Origin: Laetmonice hystrix | Taxonomy: Eukaryota | Length of the DNA: 64,000 bases | Reading direction: 5' to 3' | Assembly: GCA_965235115.1 (NCBI GenBank) | Contig: OZ249436.1 | Span: 28,274,001-28,338,000, forward strand | In this document: positions 1 to 13,311 of the stretch, one piece after another | How the letters are laid out: each line of letters starts with the position of its first letter | Numbering within the stretch: the first letter of the stretch is position 1 | Translations under genes and position numbers: made by a program | Notes under the pieces: generated by a model | Seen by the model: the letters and a program-made list of their open reading frames with translations, nothing else | Told to the model about the DNA's origin: nothing | The model's database searches: none

Positions 1-214
1 ACACACTTAGCTTTGGCTTAGCCTGGCTTAGCCTTAGGCTAGCTTAGCTTAGGACCTATGTTTAGACTAGGCCAATACTCGGTATACTAGATCTAGCGCT
101 ATATTATAGACGATCTAGTTGAGCAATAGAGCCAAGGCCTACACCTACAGACACTAGAAATAGAATGTAGACAGTGCATGGACGAGGATGTATTGTGTTA
201 AAGTTTGCATTGTG

Positions 215-415
215 GTGGGGGAAATCCCCCACACCCCCTAGGCTAGGGCTAGGCTTTATTAACGATCAGAGAATAATTGTGTGGGGGAAATCCCCCACAC
301 CCCCTTTATTAACGATCAGGGAATGATTGCATCTAACTGTGTGGGGGAATTCCCCCACACCCCCTTTATTGAGAATGATTGCAGTATCTGGGTGGGGGAA
401 ATCCCCCACACCCCC
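215..415. repeat. Four spaced copies of palindromic motif GTGGGGGAA(A/T)TCCCCCACACCCCC
   Basis: Copies start at 215, 281, 341 and 392, separated by partly shared spacers (TTTATTAACGATCAG / GAATGATTGC). Confidence 0.85.
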
Positions 416-479
416 TCCTATCAACCATACTATTAAGATATAGTTCCTAATCTGGCGTAGGAATATTATGATTTTTTTT

Positions 480-1210
480 AAACGCCATCTTGGATTTAGC
501 CGCAACGTCTTTCTCAGCAGTGGAAATGCATGTTCAACATACGAAATTAGGATGTTTACGATTGATGTGAAATAGTAGGTTAGTAAAGTAGTGTCTAAGA
601 ATCATGCAGGTAGAATTTGGTTGCATTGGCTGTAGTATAAATGTGATAAAATCTGGTTAGAAAAGTCGAATCGAGGATCGTCGGACAGGACAAGGGGCGG
701 GGCTTGTTGCCAAGAAAAATTCCTATGGAACGTATGACGTGATGCAAGTTTTGGCGGGACCAGCGACCCTTAAAGTGCATTCTACCCGAATAACCTAATA
801 TGATTTGGGTGCTACCCAGGGGCGAGCGCAGTTTTATTTAGCCTAGCTACTACAGTTATGTTTCAGCTTTCCATAGCCGTATAGTCATTGATAATAATAC
901 GCCGGCCCGGGTGTCTGCCAAGTCAGGCCAAAGAATCTAGAGAAAACGTCAGCGCCGGGAGTAACAGGTCACTTAGCAACGCCCATTGTCGTCTTATGAC
1001 GACCATGGTTATATTGTCACGTCACAGTATGGAATAAGCATGTGTTGATATTGTGACGTCACAGTGGAAATCAACAGATCGGGTTCTAAATCCACAGTCT
1101 AGCTGGCTACGTTTTCCACCATTTTCACTTCGGTCAAGCAGCCGTAAACGGGAGCGATTGGCCGTTACGTTTCCGACAGGCGATTTGACGTGAATAGTAG
1201 GTAGAATCAA
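480..1210. promoter_or_regulatory. Putative (possibly bidirectional) promoter region upstream of SIRT6
   Basis: CpG-rich relative to flanks. YY1-like CGCCATCTT at 483, GC box GGGGCGGGG near 694, CRE/ATF-like TGACGTGA (735) and TGACGTCA (1054). The SIRT6 ATG exon is preceded by a splice acceptor (ctttcag, 2297), so a non-coding first exon probably lies upstream. Confidence 0.4.
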
Positions 1211-1513
1211 ATGGAAAAATCACTAAATGTTTGGAATCTGTTTATAGAAGTGGCAGATAAGGAAGCGGTTTGTAGATTCCCATGCATTTGGGAAATTTGA
1301 ATTTCGATGCAGTGCAATTTAAGCCAATGAGATTGCTCCGATTTTGCCGGCTCCGTAATACCACCAAAACCTCCACAGATTTCCATATCCAATCGATGCA
1401 CGGTATGCAGTTCTCCTTGGGTATAGAGCTCGCTTTGCGAGCCGCTTCGCGGCTCGCTGCCCTCGCTATTAGCACCTAATTATTAAACCAATTTGAGACT
1501 AAACTAACACTAA

Positions 1514-1859
1514 AGCTGCTTTTGCTCCAGGCGGCGGCGGACGCGAGTACGGGTCATTGTGTTTTCATGAAACGGGCACAGACGCGGGAGTTTTTGCGCG
1601 GGTTTGGGTCTTCAGTCCGTGGAGCCCATTGCAACTTCCATCATTTCATTGTTACCAGAGCCAGGGGAATTCCCAGAAAATGATGACGCAATACCGCGCA
1701 GGCAGCAAACGGGCGCGGAAAAGAATGCTACATGAGCGATTCGAAAAAACGCGTCCGCGCCTGTCCACCCATGTTGTGGAGACAGCTAAAGGGAAGCTGA
1801 GTTGGATCAATTTTTTCCGCCCACCTCCGCGTCTGCATCTGCCTCGTGGAAAAGCAGCT
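1514..1859. mobile_element. PIF/Harbinger-like MITE
   Basis: Imperfect TIRs AGCTGCTTTT..AGGC.G..GC.GACGCG / CGCGTCTGCATCTGCC....GAAAAGCAGCT, flanked by TAA (1511-13) and TTA (1860-62), i.e. a TWA-type target. Confidence 0.6.
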
Positions 1860-2305
1860 TTACCCTAGCTTAACATTAGGCCATAGCCCTATTTTTTACC
1901 CCTTACCCGGCCTTAGATTAGTACTAGCCGCTTATTTTGCTAGAATGCTGACAAAATAACCATGGCATTTAGGTTTTTAATTTTAGGCAGTTTATATTTA
2001 GCAGTTTAATTTAACAGTTTAATTTAGTGGGTATATACAATTTAGCGAATTTTTAATATGAACTATTTAGCAGGGTACAGATTTTAGCGATTTGAGAATT
2101 TGTTACATCCCAGTAAAATGTTCACCCTCAAATGACAAAGCAAAAATATCTTTCCGCCACAAGTACAGACAATTAAACATGGAAAGATCAATACTGTCAT
2201 TCTGTACTGCATTGGTAATTCATCACAGTTACTTGATTATCCAATTCTTTAGTGGAGTAGGACTTTTCATTTTACATTTTACATTTCAAACTTTCAGGAT
2301 CAAAG

Positions 2306-5300
2306 ATGTCAGTCAACTACGCTTCAGGGTTGTCACCTTTTGAACACAAGGGAAAATGTGGAATGAAGGAAACATTTGATCCTCCTGACATTGTTGAAGA
2401 GAAGGTCAAGGAGCTAGCTGAGATGGCCCGACAGTGTCAACACATGGTAGTTATTACTGGAGCAGGAATCAGCACCTCGGCAGGTATACCAGACTTCAGA
2501 GGACCAAAAGGTAAAAATAAATACTGACAAATTAGATTTCATTTTGTTGCATTACCGTATGAAATTTAGCCCAACATCGAAAGGGTTTGACTGGCTGGCG
2601 TTTGTGGAGGGGCCGGGCAGCGTTGTGGCCAAGCATATGAGACCCAGTCTGATACACAGGTTCACTGTCTACACTTGCCATCTTTATGAATGGCTCCTAA
2701 CACATTAGAAATGGGTACAACGATTTTTTGCCAAAAAGGAGAATGTTGAGGAGTGGCCTAGTACTAAGCTACTTGGAGAATTGCTTCTGTAACGAGGCTG
2801 AGACCTTGTGGAAGCTTTTTACAGAAGCTATTTTTTGCTTCTGTCGAGAAATTCTTAATTTTGACCCCTATAATCCATTTAGGTTGTTCCAAGTATGTTG
2901 TAATTTTTAGATTTAAATTGTACCTCAAAAAAATTTGCTTCCCCCCTAACAAAAAGCTGAGCCGATAAACATATAGTTAGCCAGAAGTATTATTTTAACA
3001 AAAACCATAATGGACTATGAGAGAATTTTCTCTGTCAATGCCTATATACTTTCAAGAGTTTAAATCAGTGTATAAATCCTTCAAGTATTCAATGTTTTCT
3101 TCTGTTGGGAGAGAGTAATAATAAAAACCTAGATGTGATGTACTTCAGGTGTATGGACGTTAGAAGAGAAGGGAGAGACTCCACAAGTCAATGTTACATT
3201 TGAAGGAGCCGTACCCACCCCGACACACATGGCACTCGTGGCATTAGAACAAGCAGGTATATAGTAGTCCTCCTACTGTCATACCTATCAGTGGCTTCTT
3301 TTCTCTTGAATTAACAAGGAGACTCAGGACCCAAATATTGAATTGTACAGGAAACATATTAATTAATTAAGGTGAAAGGCTGGCAAGGTGTTGTCATCAT
3401 ATTTCCTGTTGACCTAATAATATTATTTGCAACAGAAACATTTTCTGCTGCTGCTCCCCCCCCCCCCACCCCCTGCCATCTTGACAACATTAATAGGACC
3501 TGGCATCGACATAGACTCACCACCAACACTAAACAGTCTTCCCTGTAGGCTTTGTCGCAAAAATGTCTGATAGCATAAGCTTTTGCCTTGCCCAGTTCGC
3601 TGATACACAAATGGGTCCCTCCCTCCCTTTACTGCCATTGTTGGCGTTGCCATTTTCAGTGCTCGTCAAAGTGCACATTTTATGTGCACATTTTAAAGCA
3701 GTTGCCCACGGACAACCATTTTCTGTGATAGTGGTTGTCCGTAAATCAAAGTGGTTGTCCGTATTACCATGGGAAAAATCCCAACAGTAAAACTAAATCA
3801 TTTTGAAATCGATATTTATTTGCGAATGTGCTACGTTTCCTTTCTGTTAATAATGTTGTTGCACCAAATTATGGTTCTTCCCCCATGATAACTTTTCCAT
3901 GAAATGTTTGGGCGGGGGTTGCTTTACCACTAAATGCTGGTAGCCCACGGACAACCAGGATGTGTCAGTTCAGTTGTCTGTATTATTTTTTGGTAGCCCC
4001 GGGCTCCCGGGCTACCAATTTAACGAGCTCTGCATTTTGCTACGACAACAATAACTTTACTCGGGATGTTCCTATTGGCTAACCAGAAATGCAAGCTAAT
4101 GTTTATGAATCGCACCTCAGGCAGTGCTGTAATCTGATTGGTTCTTGTGGTACCCCAAGAGGAATTATTAGGTCGTACACAGATGGCGCTGCGATCTTGT
4201 CTCCGATGAAAAAAGCATGGCTGTCATGAGTGGGGGAATTGCTCAAAGTGTTTCAACCCCGAGCGCAGGAGGATGCCAATGCCCCCAAAAATGTAAAGAT
4301 GTAAAGTATACAAATGTTTTTACAGGCATTCTGAAGTTTGTCATCAGTCAGAATGTAGATGGGATGCACCTGAGGTCTGGCCTGGCCCACAACAGACTGG
4401 CTGAACTTCACGGTGACATGTTTGTGGAGCAGTGTGACACCTGCGGGGCACAGGTAATGGAGGCCAAAGCAATCACTTGTACTTCTGCCTACAGCTTCTA
4501 CTGGAGTACACTCATGTAGGAAATTGTAATGAATCGGTTGGTTGATTATTGTCCAGGCTCACACAGAGGGAGGGTAACGGAATGAATGGGTTGGTTGATT
4601 ATTGTTCAGGCTCACACAGAGGGAGGGTAACAGAATGAATGGGTTGGTTGATTATTGTCCAGGCTCACACAGAGGGAGGGTAACGGAATGAATGGGTTGG
4701 TTGATTATTGTCCAGGCTCACACAGGGTGAGGGTAACGGAATGAATGGGTTGGTAGATTATTGTCCAGGCTCACACAGGGGGAGGGTAACGGAATGAATG
4801 GGTTGGTAGATTATTGTCCAGCCTCACACAGGGGGAGGGTGACAGAATTAATTGAAGAAAGGTAGAATATAACTCCCTTGAATGTTAGTTTCCCCCCTGA
4901 AAAAAATGAAACAAAAGAAATAAGAAGATCTGTACTGGTATCTGATACAATATTTGGCTATTAAGAGTATTTGATCAACTTTTCTTGTTTTTACCTTTGT
5001 TCAGTACATACGTGAGAAGACGGTTCCCACAATGGCCAGACGACCCACTGGTAACAAGTGCACCCAGACTAAATATGGAGGTCGTTGTTGTAGGTTTGTA
5101 GTCTTTCTATAGTAGCCAAGTAAGTTGAAGTGGCACCAAAGAGTCTTCAGATATTTTAATACCATTGAACCCCAGGAACACCATGTTAAAATTTCAGGTT
5201 CAAGCGGTAAGCCAAACATTGAGTTATGTTAGGTTTCCAAGTTACCCTATCTGCTATTTTTTCATTTTACCTGAAAATAAATTTTATATAAAGTAAGAGT

Positions 5301-7131
5301 GATTTATTGGCATCCCTAACCTTAGCACATATTTAACATTGACCGGAATGAATTTATCATTATCATTTAGTAGTACCAGATGTACTGCCTAGTGACATTA
5401 GCCGCATAGTGGAATGGTCCTTTGCATAATCAATTCTATCGGGAGATTGGAGGAATAGTTCCTGCATTTATCAATGCACAAAGACCAGTAAAAGTACCGT
5501 ATTTGACCTAATGAGCGTACTGTACTCTTAAAAAATTTTGTTGGTGTGATTATGGTTCATTCTAAGAAGTGTACATGTACACCCAAGTTTACTTCTCAAA
5601 ACGATACAGCAACAGTTGGGGTACCTGGCTAGCCTAGCAGGCTAGGGGTTATGTGAAAAGATGTAAGGGGAAAAATGTTTAAAAAAGGGGGTGTACCCTT
5701 ATAGGGCATGTATGCTTATTAGGTGAAATATGGTATCTTGGATTGACTGTCATTGTTTTACAGTGTTAGAAGAAGTGATATCACAGGATAGGAGCTGTAG
5801 GACTGTTAGTGTTAATTCTCTATGTGACAAATAAATCACTGTAAAAATTACTTTCAGAGGTCAGTTACACGATACAATACTGGACTGGGAAGATTCCTTA
5901 CCGGACAGGGATCTCGAACTGTCCGATAGCCACAGCAGGTAGATAGGCATTTCTTACTTTTCTCTCAGTTAATTAGTTCATTTGGGAGAATGAGGGCAGA
6001 AAATCGGTTTCGGTCAACCCACGGACACAAACGCAACGCTTTTGCTTACATTATTTAGAACATAGCTGAGTCTCCCTCTTGATGGCTGGTTGCAATGGTC
6101 AAAGAACCCCAGGGGTAAACGGTCACATAAAGGTAGCGCCAGATAGCGGTAATAGATGGGGGGTGGACTTAACGGTGTACCTGGCCATTGGTCTTAGAAC
6201 TGTTGGTCATGTGAGCATGATTCAGCATTAAATGTGGTGGACTGGCATCGACCTCAGCTATGTGGTGGCGCCACCTGTTGGCATCAGGGTTATCCAAGGT
6301 TTGCCAGTCGGTAAGAATATAAGGATTATAAAATAGTTGCAACAATGAAGCTGCAGCAAGGTATCAAATAAAAATTGTATAATTAACGATACATACATAT
6401 GGTAGGTTATAAATATATGGTTTGTTAATTACAGTATTTCTCAAATATTATGTCATAGTCTATACTCACACTTGCCATATGTATTACATGTACTGTACTT
6501 TAAAAATTGGTATCCATTTTACCCCAAAAAAACTTGGTATGTTTTCTGTTGCAGCAAAGCCGATTTGATCCTCACGCTTGGAACGTCACTTCAGATTCTT
6601 CCGTGTGCAAATATGCCCCTGAAGACGAAAAGAAACAACGGCAATTTTGTCATTGTAAACCTCCAGCCAACCAAGCATGACAAAAAATGTGATCTGAAGA
6701 TCCATGCTTTTGTTGACCAGGTCATGCTACGTCTGTGTGAGTTACTGCAGGTAACCATCCCAGAGTGGACCAAACCCATTATTGTCCTCCAGTCTCAACA
6801 TACGGTCAAGAAAAATAAACGTGCGCCCAAAATCATTGTAGACACGACACTCTGTTGTAAAGATAAAAAAAGAACAAGTGTAAAAACGGAAAACAAGAGC
6901 TCGAAAATGGACACCGGGCTGCTAAAGAATGCAATAACTTCAGGCACAGTGGCGAAAATCCTGAAGGAAGAAAAACATGCAAAAACTGAAACTGAAACAA
7001 ATGGATGTGATAATGCAAGAGAGACAGCAGTGCCGGCAGCAAAACATGAAGAGATACAACCAGAACCAGATCCGCCAAGCCATAGTAGTACGGTGGCCAG
7101 CAAGAAAATCAAATTGGAGGTCCCTAGCTGA
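2306..7131 (+). CDS. SIRT6: NAD-dependent protein deacylase sirtuin-6, about 395 aa, 6 coding exons
   Basis: GT-AG exons 2306-2510, 3149-3256, 4326-4453, 5005-5093, 5858-5938 and 6555-7131 join in frame (1188 nt). Translation has the SIRT6-type N-terminus [67 protein letters not shown] (catalytic His), Zn-binding CDTC...C...[31 protein letters not shown] and a basic C-terminal KKIKLE. AATAAA at 7334. Confidence 0.96.
3657..4032. mobile_element. Non-autonomous DNA transposon (CAG...CTG termini, 6-bp TSD) in a SIRT6 intron
   Basis: TIR CAGTGCTCGTCAAA / TTTAACGAGCTCTG (12/14 match). CATTTT directly flanks both ends. Internal repeated GCCCACGGACAACCA and GGTTGTCCGT motifs. Confidence 0.7.
4528..4845. 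repeat. 53-bp minisatellite, about 6 copies
   Basis: Unit GAATGAATGGGTTGGTTGATTATTGTCCAGGCTCACACAGAGGGAGGGTAACG, in the SIRT6 intron after exon 4326-4453. Confidence 0.95.
5497..5733. mobile_element. Tc1/mariner (pogo/Tigger-like) MITE
   Basis: TIR CCGTATTTGACCTAATGAGC / GCTTATTAGGTGAAATATGG (17/20), flanked by TA on both sides. Confidence 0.7.
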
Positions 7132-8369
7132 AGACACTTGTCACAATGAACATCTCTTAACATATCTCATTTCTATGGAACTATTTTTTTACTTTTAGTA
7201 TTTTTTAGGAATAGACCTAATGTTCTTGACATGCACGTGTTGGTACGAGACAATGAGTATATAAATCAAGTTTGATATAGACATTGAGTAGACAAAAAAA
7301 GGGACGATCGTGTGTCGTTTCTTTCTTCACGATAATAAAATGTGGCCTACCTCATTCTACTTCAGATTTTATTCGTGTTTTTCATTCGATGATAGCACCA
7401 TTAGAGGTACACATCCGTTTTCATATTAACGGGGGGAGCTTTATAGTGTACCGGTACATATAAAGTAGACGGTTATTCTGACTGGATAGCTTCGCCTCAG
7501 ACGGCTGACGACCAGCTGAACCGGGCGGCGTGAGATCTTCTCCAGCTGACCGGTAGAAGCGGTGTTCCAGACGGAGGTTGACCTCTGACCCGCCCCAGTC
7601 TCAAAGAATGACACCCCGGGGCCCCAGCACAAATCGGCCAGACAGACAATTTTCAAATTATGTTCCGCGCTCTAGGAGTGTATATTCCGAAATCATAATA
7701 CATGTATATATTTTTTTAATCCTAATCCTTCTAATCCTTATTTAATCTAGTCCATGAGACCACTAGTGAGCTCATTTTGTGTCGATTTCATACTGAAAAC
7801 TACAGACAAAATCACGTATTGAAAAAGACTAGTCTTATTTTTTTCCCTAATGTTGACATATCTGCGCTGGGAAGATTGAGTGAGTAGTTGGTGTTTCGCG
7901 CTGGAAAGATGATCGGAGCGTGCGAACCGACACATAGCTCGATCTGATGTCGATCCTATTTTCGTGTGTACACACGTTCGCTAATACGAATTCAATCCTA
8001 TCAACATAGGTTCTTATCTGCAGTATGTTTGCTAGCAGTCAGGTGGTCATTTCATAGGTAGCGTCATTATTATTCTGTATTTTACCTCCACTTTAAACCA
8101 TTTCATGATAACAAATCTTCCCCTCCCCAACCATTGTACACCCTGCATACATCACGCATGATCCAGGGCCTATCGTTAACAGCTGTGTTTTAAGTTCGCA
8201 ACTAGGCTAAAACGGCTGCAGGACCAGGAAAGAAGACAATTCTGACTATAAACCGGCGCTGACTGTCACGTTTTCTACCACGCAGTAAATAAACGTGATC
8301 ATTTTCCATAGAAGAAACGAAGACCGGTGCATCGCTTCAAACTTGATAAACAGCACAGTGAACGGATGG

Positions 8370-8559
8370 CAGGGGCTGGTCCAGGATTTTGTTAAGGGAG
8401 GGGGTTTAAGGGGGAGAATTTGCTTGGGGTAGGGGGGGTTAGCATGGTTAAAACAGAAATTTCAATGGAGAAAATAGAATGATGGCTGCGGGGGTGGGGG
8501 GGGGGGTGGGGGGGGGGTAAACCCACTAACCCCCCCCCCCCCCCTTGGATTCACCACTG
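8370..8559. mobile_element. hAT-like MITE with 5-bp TSD
   Basis: Termini CAGGGGCTGGTCCAGG ... GGATTCACCACTG, GATGG on both flanks, internal poly-G/poly-C tracts. Confidence 0.55.
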
Positions 8560-9569
8560 GATGGCAATCAACGGCCCGATAGATAAACAGACAAGAGGTC
8601 TACCTGTATGCGTATTCACAAAACCAATGATGCCATCGTACTGGTCTTTTATCATGTATTAAGTATAGAGGGGGCAGGGGGCCCGCCCCCTTAGATTTTC
8701 CTCTTTTTGGGGATGAAGATCTATGCATTAGTACAGTCACAATCAAATCATGGCGAGGGTAGCGCAGCGACAAACATTTTTAGCTGGGTCCCCTTATCAA
8801 AATCCTGGATCCCCACTGTACCTACTGTAGTACATGTACATGTACCAACAATATTATCTTGACACCATGGTGTTTTGACCCATTAACACGGAGTCGGAGG
8901 TAGCCATGCTCGCTCCACATGAAGAGGCCCAGCCACCGTTCCATGACAAAGACACGACACATACACCAAACATTTGTTGGTACACACCTATAGCCGTCTG
9001 CTGGTTCAATCACGTATTCTACAAGTCTGACGTTTCCATGGAGATAGAGGTCGGACATGTTAGATACCATTCTGTATATTCTAGTCTGGACCCCCCCCCC
9101 CCCCCCCCTAATTGATTTTCTCTCCGCATTTAGTATCACGAGTGTTATGGTCAAACTTCCCCTGCCTAAAAGAAACCAAATACATGTAGGCTAAGCTGCT
9201 TGTTCAGTCCACAATAACTGCACGAAGATAATTCTGAATTCTTAATGTATTCTTAATGAAAACAGTCCAGGCCCATGAAGTGTCTTCAGGAATTATGCAC
9301 TTTAAAATTTTAAGTGGAGGAAGGTATACACTGCCGTCTTGATTGGAAAAAGAGAACCGATCAACTCCAAATTTAATATCACCAGGAGTGGGTTCTACTT
9401 TTGTATTTAACCTTTTGGCGATATCTGTAATTAATTTTTGGCGATAGTTTAAAGGTAAAATGGGGCCCTTGTATTATTTATATATGCCCTTTCTATCTGC
9501 CAGTGCCATTCAGGGGTGCCATACGGTGGTCCGTATGGAACGCGTGTTCCATACAAACTGGTTTGGTTT

Positions 9570-9710
9570 GGTCCTTCATTACGGGAAAGTATAAAACTCG
9601 ATGCCTGACGCATGAATACGGCACTCCACCTTCGCTGTCGTGCCGTATTCATGCGCCAGGCATCTCGTTCCATACTTTCCCGCAGTAAAGGACCCTCATC
9701 CCGTTACCTG
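9570..9710. repeat. Dispersed foldback (long hairpin) repeat, copy 1
   Basis: GGGAAAGTAT..GATGCCTG.CGCATGAATACGGCAC-loop-GTGCCGTATTCATGCG.CAGGCATC..ATACTTTCCC. A homologous inverted copy lies at about 46562-46690. Confidence 0.8.
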
Positions 9711-11082
9711 TTTATAGGCCTACCTCCCACCCACGCACCCCCTTTCCTTTTTTAACTGTAGGTTAGGAGTCGGTCGACCAGTGTGCACTCAGTCTATATA
9801 CCGATGTTTTGTAACCTACCGAAGAGAAATCGAGTTGCAGTTCTATGTTCGCATGAAAAGATTATATTGAATTATCACGACGGCCATCTACTTAGAAACG
9901 TAAACCTTTCATTATGGAAAGCGACGCCTGTATTCAGTAGTCTCAGTGACGTTTTTGTTGTTAATGCAGAGCTACTTGAGATTTTCATCAAAACCAGGGG
10001 ATCAAATTATACTTGAGGTATTTTGAGATCTTTATTTGACCACCTACAGCTCGGCTTTTATCGTGGTGCAGGTGGAGAATCATGTTTGCGAATGGTCTTA
10101 ACAGAATTATGTAGTCAGTAATCTCCCCAAATCTACGTGTTTCTATAGACGGGCTGTACATGGCCCTGATTAATATCCTGATACAGTGGCGTGCACCAAG
10201 CCTTCAGGTGCCTCCTGTCACTAAAGCGCTCATTTTCTATACAATATCGAGTGTTTACATGTCGAGTTGGCGGAATGGAGCTTCCTTGCTGCCGTTATTG
10301 TCAGTTCCCAAGTCAATGTCATCATGGTCTTACAAGGTTTCAACATTTTAACCGTAAACACACCATTCTTAGCATTCCTATATGGGGCCTCGGCGGGGGT
10401 GGGGGAGGCAATATGGAACATAGAATCTACACCAGATCACGCAATGTTACATAGACCTGATACGAGCATCGATCTAAGAGGGGGGAATGTCTTATATAAT
10501 TAGGTTTCTCTAACGCCCATTCCAAATGTCAGAATAATGGATGTGCTTCAATCTGTGAGTATCCGGAGTCAGTTTGTGTTTTAGGTTGAATTACGCCAAA
10601 GACTGAGCACTTCGTTTGCGGGACTGCAGTCTGTGGGAGCCGCGAGGAACCCCTGCTTTGATGCTAATTAAATTTCACAATACATGCCCGTAATAATTAG
10701 TAATGGTGTCTGCAAAGCCTCAGTACACGCACCTGTCGTTCAGATAATGTTCCCATGCGTCATATTAATTCCTTGTGCATTTAATGAGTTTTTATGGTGT
10801 ATTTCATCAACTCACTTCTTAATATGCACAACTTCATATTCATAAGGTCGAGCGTGCGTAGCGAAATGATGGAAGCACTCTTAAAAATGCCTTCTGTAAA
10901 TCTGAACAAAATAGTTATGTTTTTGTTAGTCCAGAGAATATGCATTTGGCATGGTAAAAGGGACCAGACCCATGACCAGACCTACATGTAAGTCTATAGA
11001 CAGAGAGAGAACGTAATCCGATATGTCATATAGGATATAATGTTATATAATGTACTGAAGTGTACGGTACGTGCGTGCTTGC

Positions 11083-11145
11083 TCTGTCTGTCTGTCTGTC
11101 TGTCTGTCGGTATGTCTCTGTTTGTCCGTCTGTCTCTGTCTCTGA
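11083..11145. repeat. (TCTG)n microsatellite
   Basis: Direct reading of the sequence. Confidence 0.85.
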
Positions 11146-11172
11146 TAAATGTGATATAATCCCTCATATTAA

Positions 11173-11512
11173 AGGTGCTATTCGTGAACAAAAATTCAAT
11201 TTTTTTATTTTCAATTTTGTTGACGTTTATGTGATCCCACCTATCATGGAAATAGATTCACAACAAAGGAAATCAAAATTTTTCATGGATAACGGCACAA
11301 ATGGGGCTCTCTCAGAAGGCCTGTGGAGACCCTGACACGCCCCACCATAGGAAATGGCTCTATCTCGGTGCGCACCGAGATAGGTTTCAAATGCTGCACA
11401 CAAACTAATAGAAGGTTTATCAGGCCAATGGTATCGGTAGGAATTTTTTCTACTACTATGTGCACAATGTATGATAGGAGAAATGCCATTCTGTGCGAGA
11501 CGAATAGCACCT
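11173..11512. mobile_element. Kolobok-like MITE (TTAA TSD)
   Basis: Perfect 13-bp TIR AGGTGCTATTCGT / ACGAATAGCACCT flanked by TTAA (11169-72 and 11513-16). RR...YY termini with TTAA fit Kolobok rather than piggyBac (CC...GG). Confidence 0.85.
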
Positions 11513-12539
11513 TTAATAGATTCGTCAATGCAAAGAATCTACAAAGCTTGCTCCTATCATGCAGTTAAATGGCCGGCAGAATATGAACACTTCTTGGAAT
11601 TCTGCGTGACGCGATAGTCTTGGAGGCGTTCTGGAAAAGGTTTCACATTGCACGTTTAGGTGAATCCTAAGTCATACACCAAGACAATAATTGGAATGCG
11701 TTGGAATTACAAAGAAACACACCAAGAGAAGAGATTAGATGTGATCTCAACGTGATTGGAAATATTTTAAACCTACATTATGAGTTGGTACCGATCTTTT
11801 ATACTCTATTAAATGTATTCCTATATGGTACGCGATATTTGGTACACCCTGTATAATCGTAGCTCGGAAGAACGCATATTTCAGGCCAGCCTTTGCTAAG
11901 AGGAAAATAGAAATTGAAATATCTGCAGATAATGATAGCGTTCTGGCTATAGTGGTCGCTACAATATACCTAGAACTATATTTTCTCATTTCATTTCCTC
12001 CTCTTATAGATCGATGCTCGTATCAGGTCTATGTAACATTGCGTGATACGACAGCGCTGCTTCGTGAATGGGCAGCGACTGGCCTGGTCTGAGAAATGAC
12101 GAATGGTTGCAGCCTGCAATATGGCTAATAGTCTGTCATCGCAGTGATTCATATCAGGGAAAAGTATATGACATAGAGAAACTACACATGCAGTTGCATG
12201 ACGCAAAAACAGCGTAATGGTTCTTACGGCAGGGATATCAACTCAGCCAAGTGATGTTTGCTGACATCGATTCGAATTTCACGTTACATGGCTTATGTTA
12301 GCTCGAGGGAAGTGGCTTCGTGCGCCATATGACGCGTATTGACGTCATTTAAATAGCATTGGCTTCACTATTCAGAAATGCCATGCGAAATGGTATAGGT
12401 TGTCTTTCTGGGCACGGTGGCACCTCTTCAGCAGATAAAATATGTAGGCGTCCACTGACCAGGACGGGTCCCAAGTCTTCCCTACTTTTGGATTCAATGT
12501 AGGCTACCATCCTCTACAACTACTGTAAGAGTTGTTTTT

Positions 12540-12768
12540 CAGAGGCGGATCCGGGGGGGGGGGGATTTTCTGCTAGTCACTTTTGACATTTCATTTGATA
12601 CAGCATCTTTTGCTCCAAAATGCACCAAATGCCACCAAAATTGCACCTTCAATTTAAAGAAATGTCGGGGTGTCCCGGACCCTCCTAGCAGGGCTTCGCG
12701 CCTTCGGCGCTCGACCTGTCCAAGGCTCCTAGCCACCCGCCTTGAAAAAAATCCTAGATCCGCGCCTG
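12540..12768. mobile_element. hAT-like MITE
   Basis: Termini CAGAGGCGGATC ... GATCCGCGCCTG. TSD not clearly preserved. Confidence 0.55.
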
Positions 12769-12922
12769 TTTATACCGTGTATCCATTCCAGCTCGAGCTC
12801 GAAAATGTGAAATTAGCTCCTAAATAATTATTAATTCCTGTTTTATTATATACTGAGCCGCTTTGCATTTTCACTGGAGTTATTCGTACGATAGGAGGGC
12901 TTAATGAAACCAGCCCCATGGC

Positions 12923-13311
12923 CAGGGGCGCCGGAAGCAAATTATTATTGGGGGGGCAAGAGAGCTGAAGCGAAAGTCATAGGCTACAACATGTTTAGTA
13001 AAGCAGGGTCGGAGGCCCTCCCCAAGAAAATTTTTAAAACTACACACCCTAAAACGCTTTTCTACGCCATTGTAAGGCAGGATTTTTTTATGTTTTGAAG
13101 GCGTGAATGAATAAATTACAATGTATCATTAGGACAATCGACCCAGTCTTTGACGCACCCAAGTCATGGTTTCAACAGGCCTACTGTATGTGGAAAAACC
13201 TGCCTTTTTTCATTCATGATCACAGATTATTGGGGGGGCGATGCCCCCCCAACCAGATTATTGAGGGGGCGGTTGCCCCCCCCCCCTGCCCCCCCGCTTC
13301 TGGCGCCTATG
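12923..13311. mobile_element. hAT MITE with 8-bp TSD
   Basis: TIR CAGGGGCGCCGGAAGC / GCTTCTGGCGCCTATG, perfect 8-bp TSD CCCATGGC (12915-22 and 13312-19). Confidence 0.85.

Noticed and set aside
6472..6554. N-terminal part of the 219-aa ORF call
   Set aside because: Intronic. SIRT6 similarity and phase begin at the acceptor at 6554/6555.
8840..8930. Kringle-like PWCFDP peptide
   Set aside because: In-frame stop a few codons later and no other kringle cysteine pattern.
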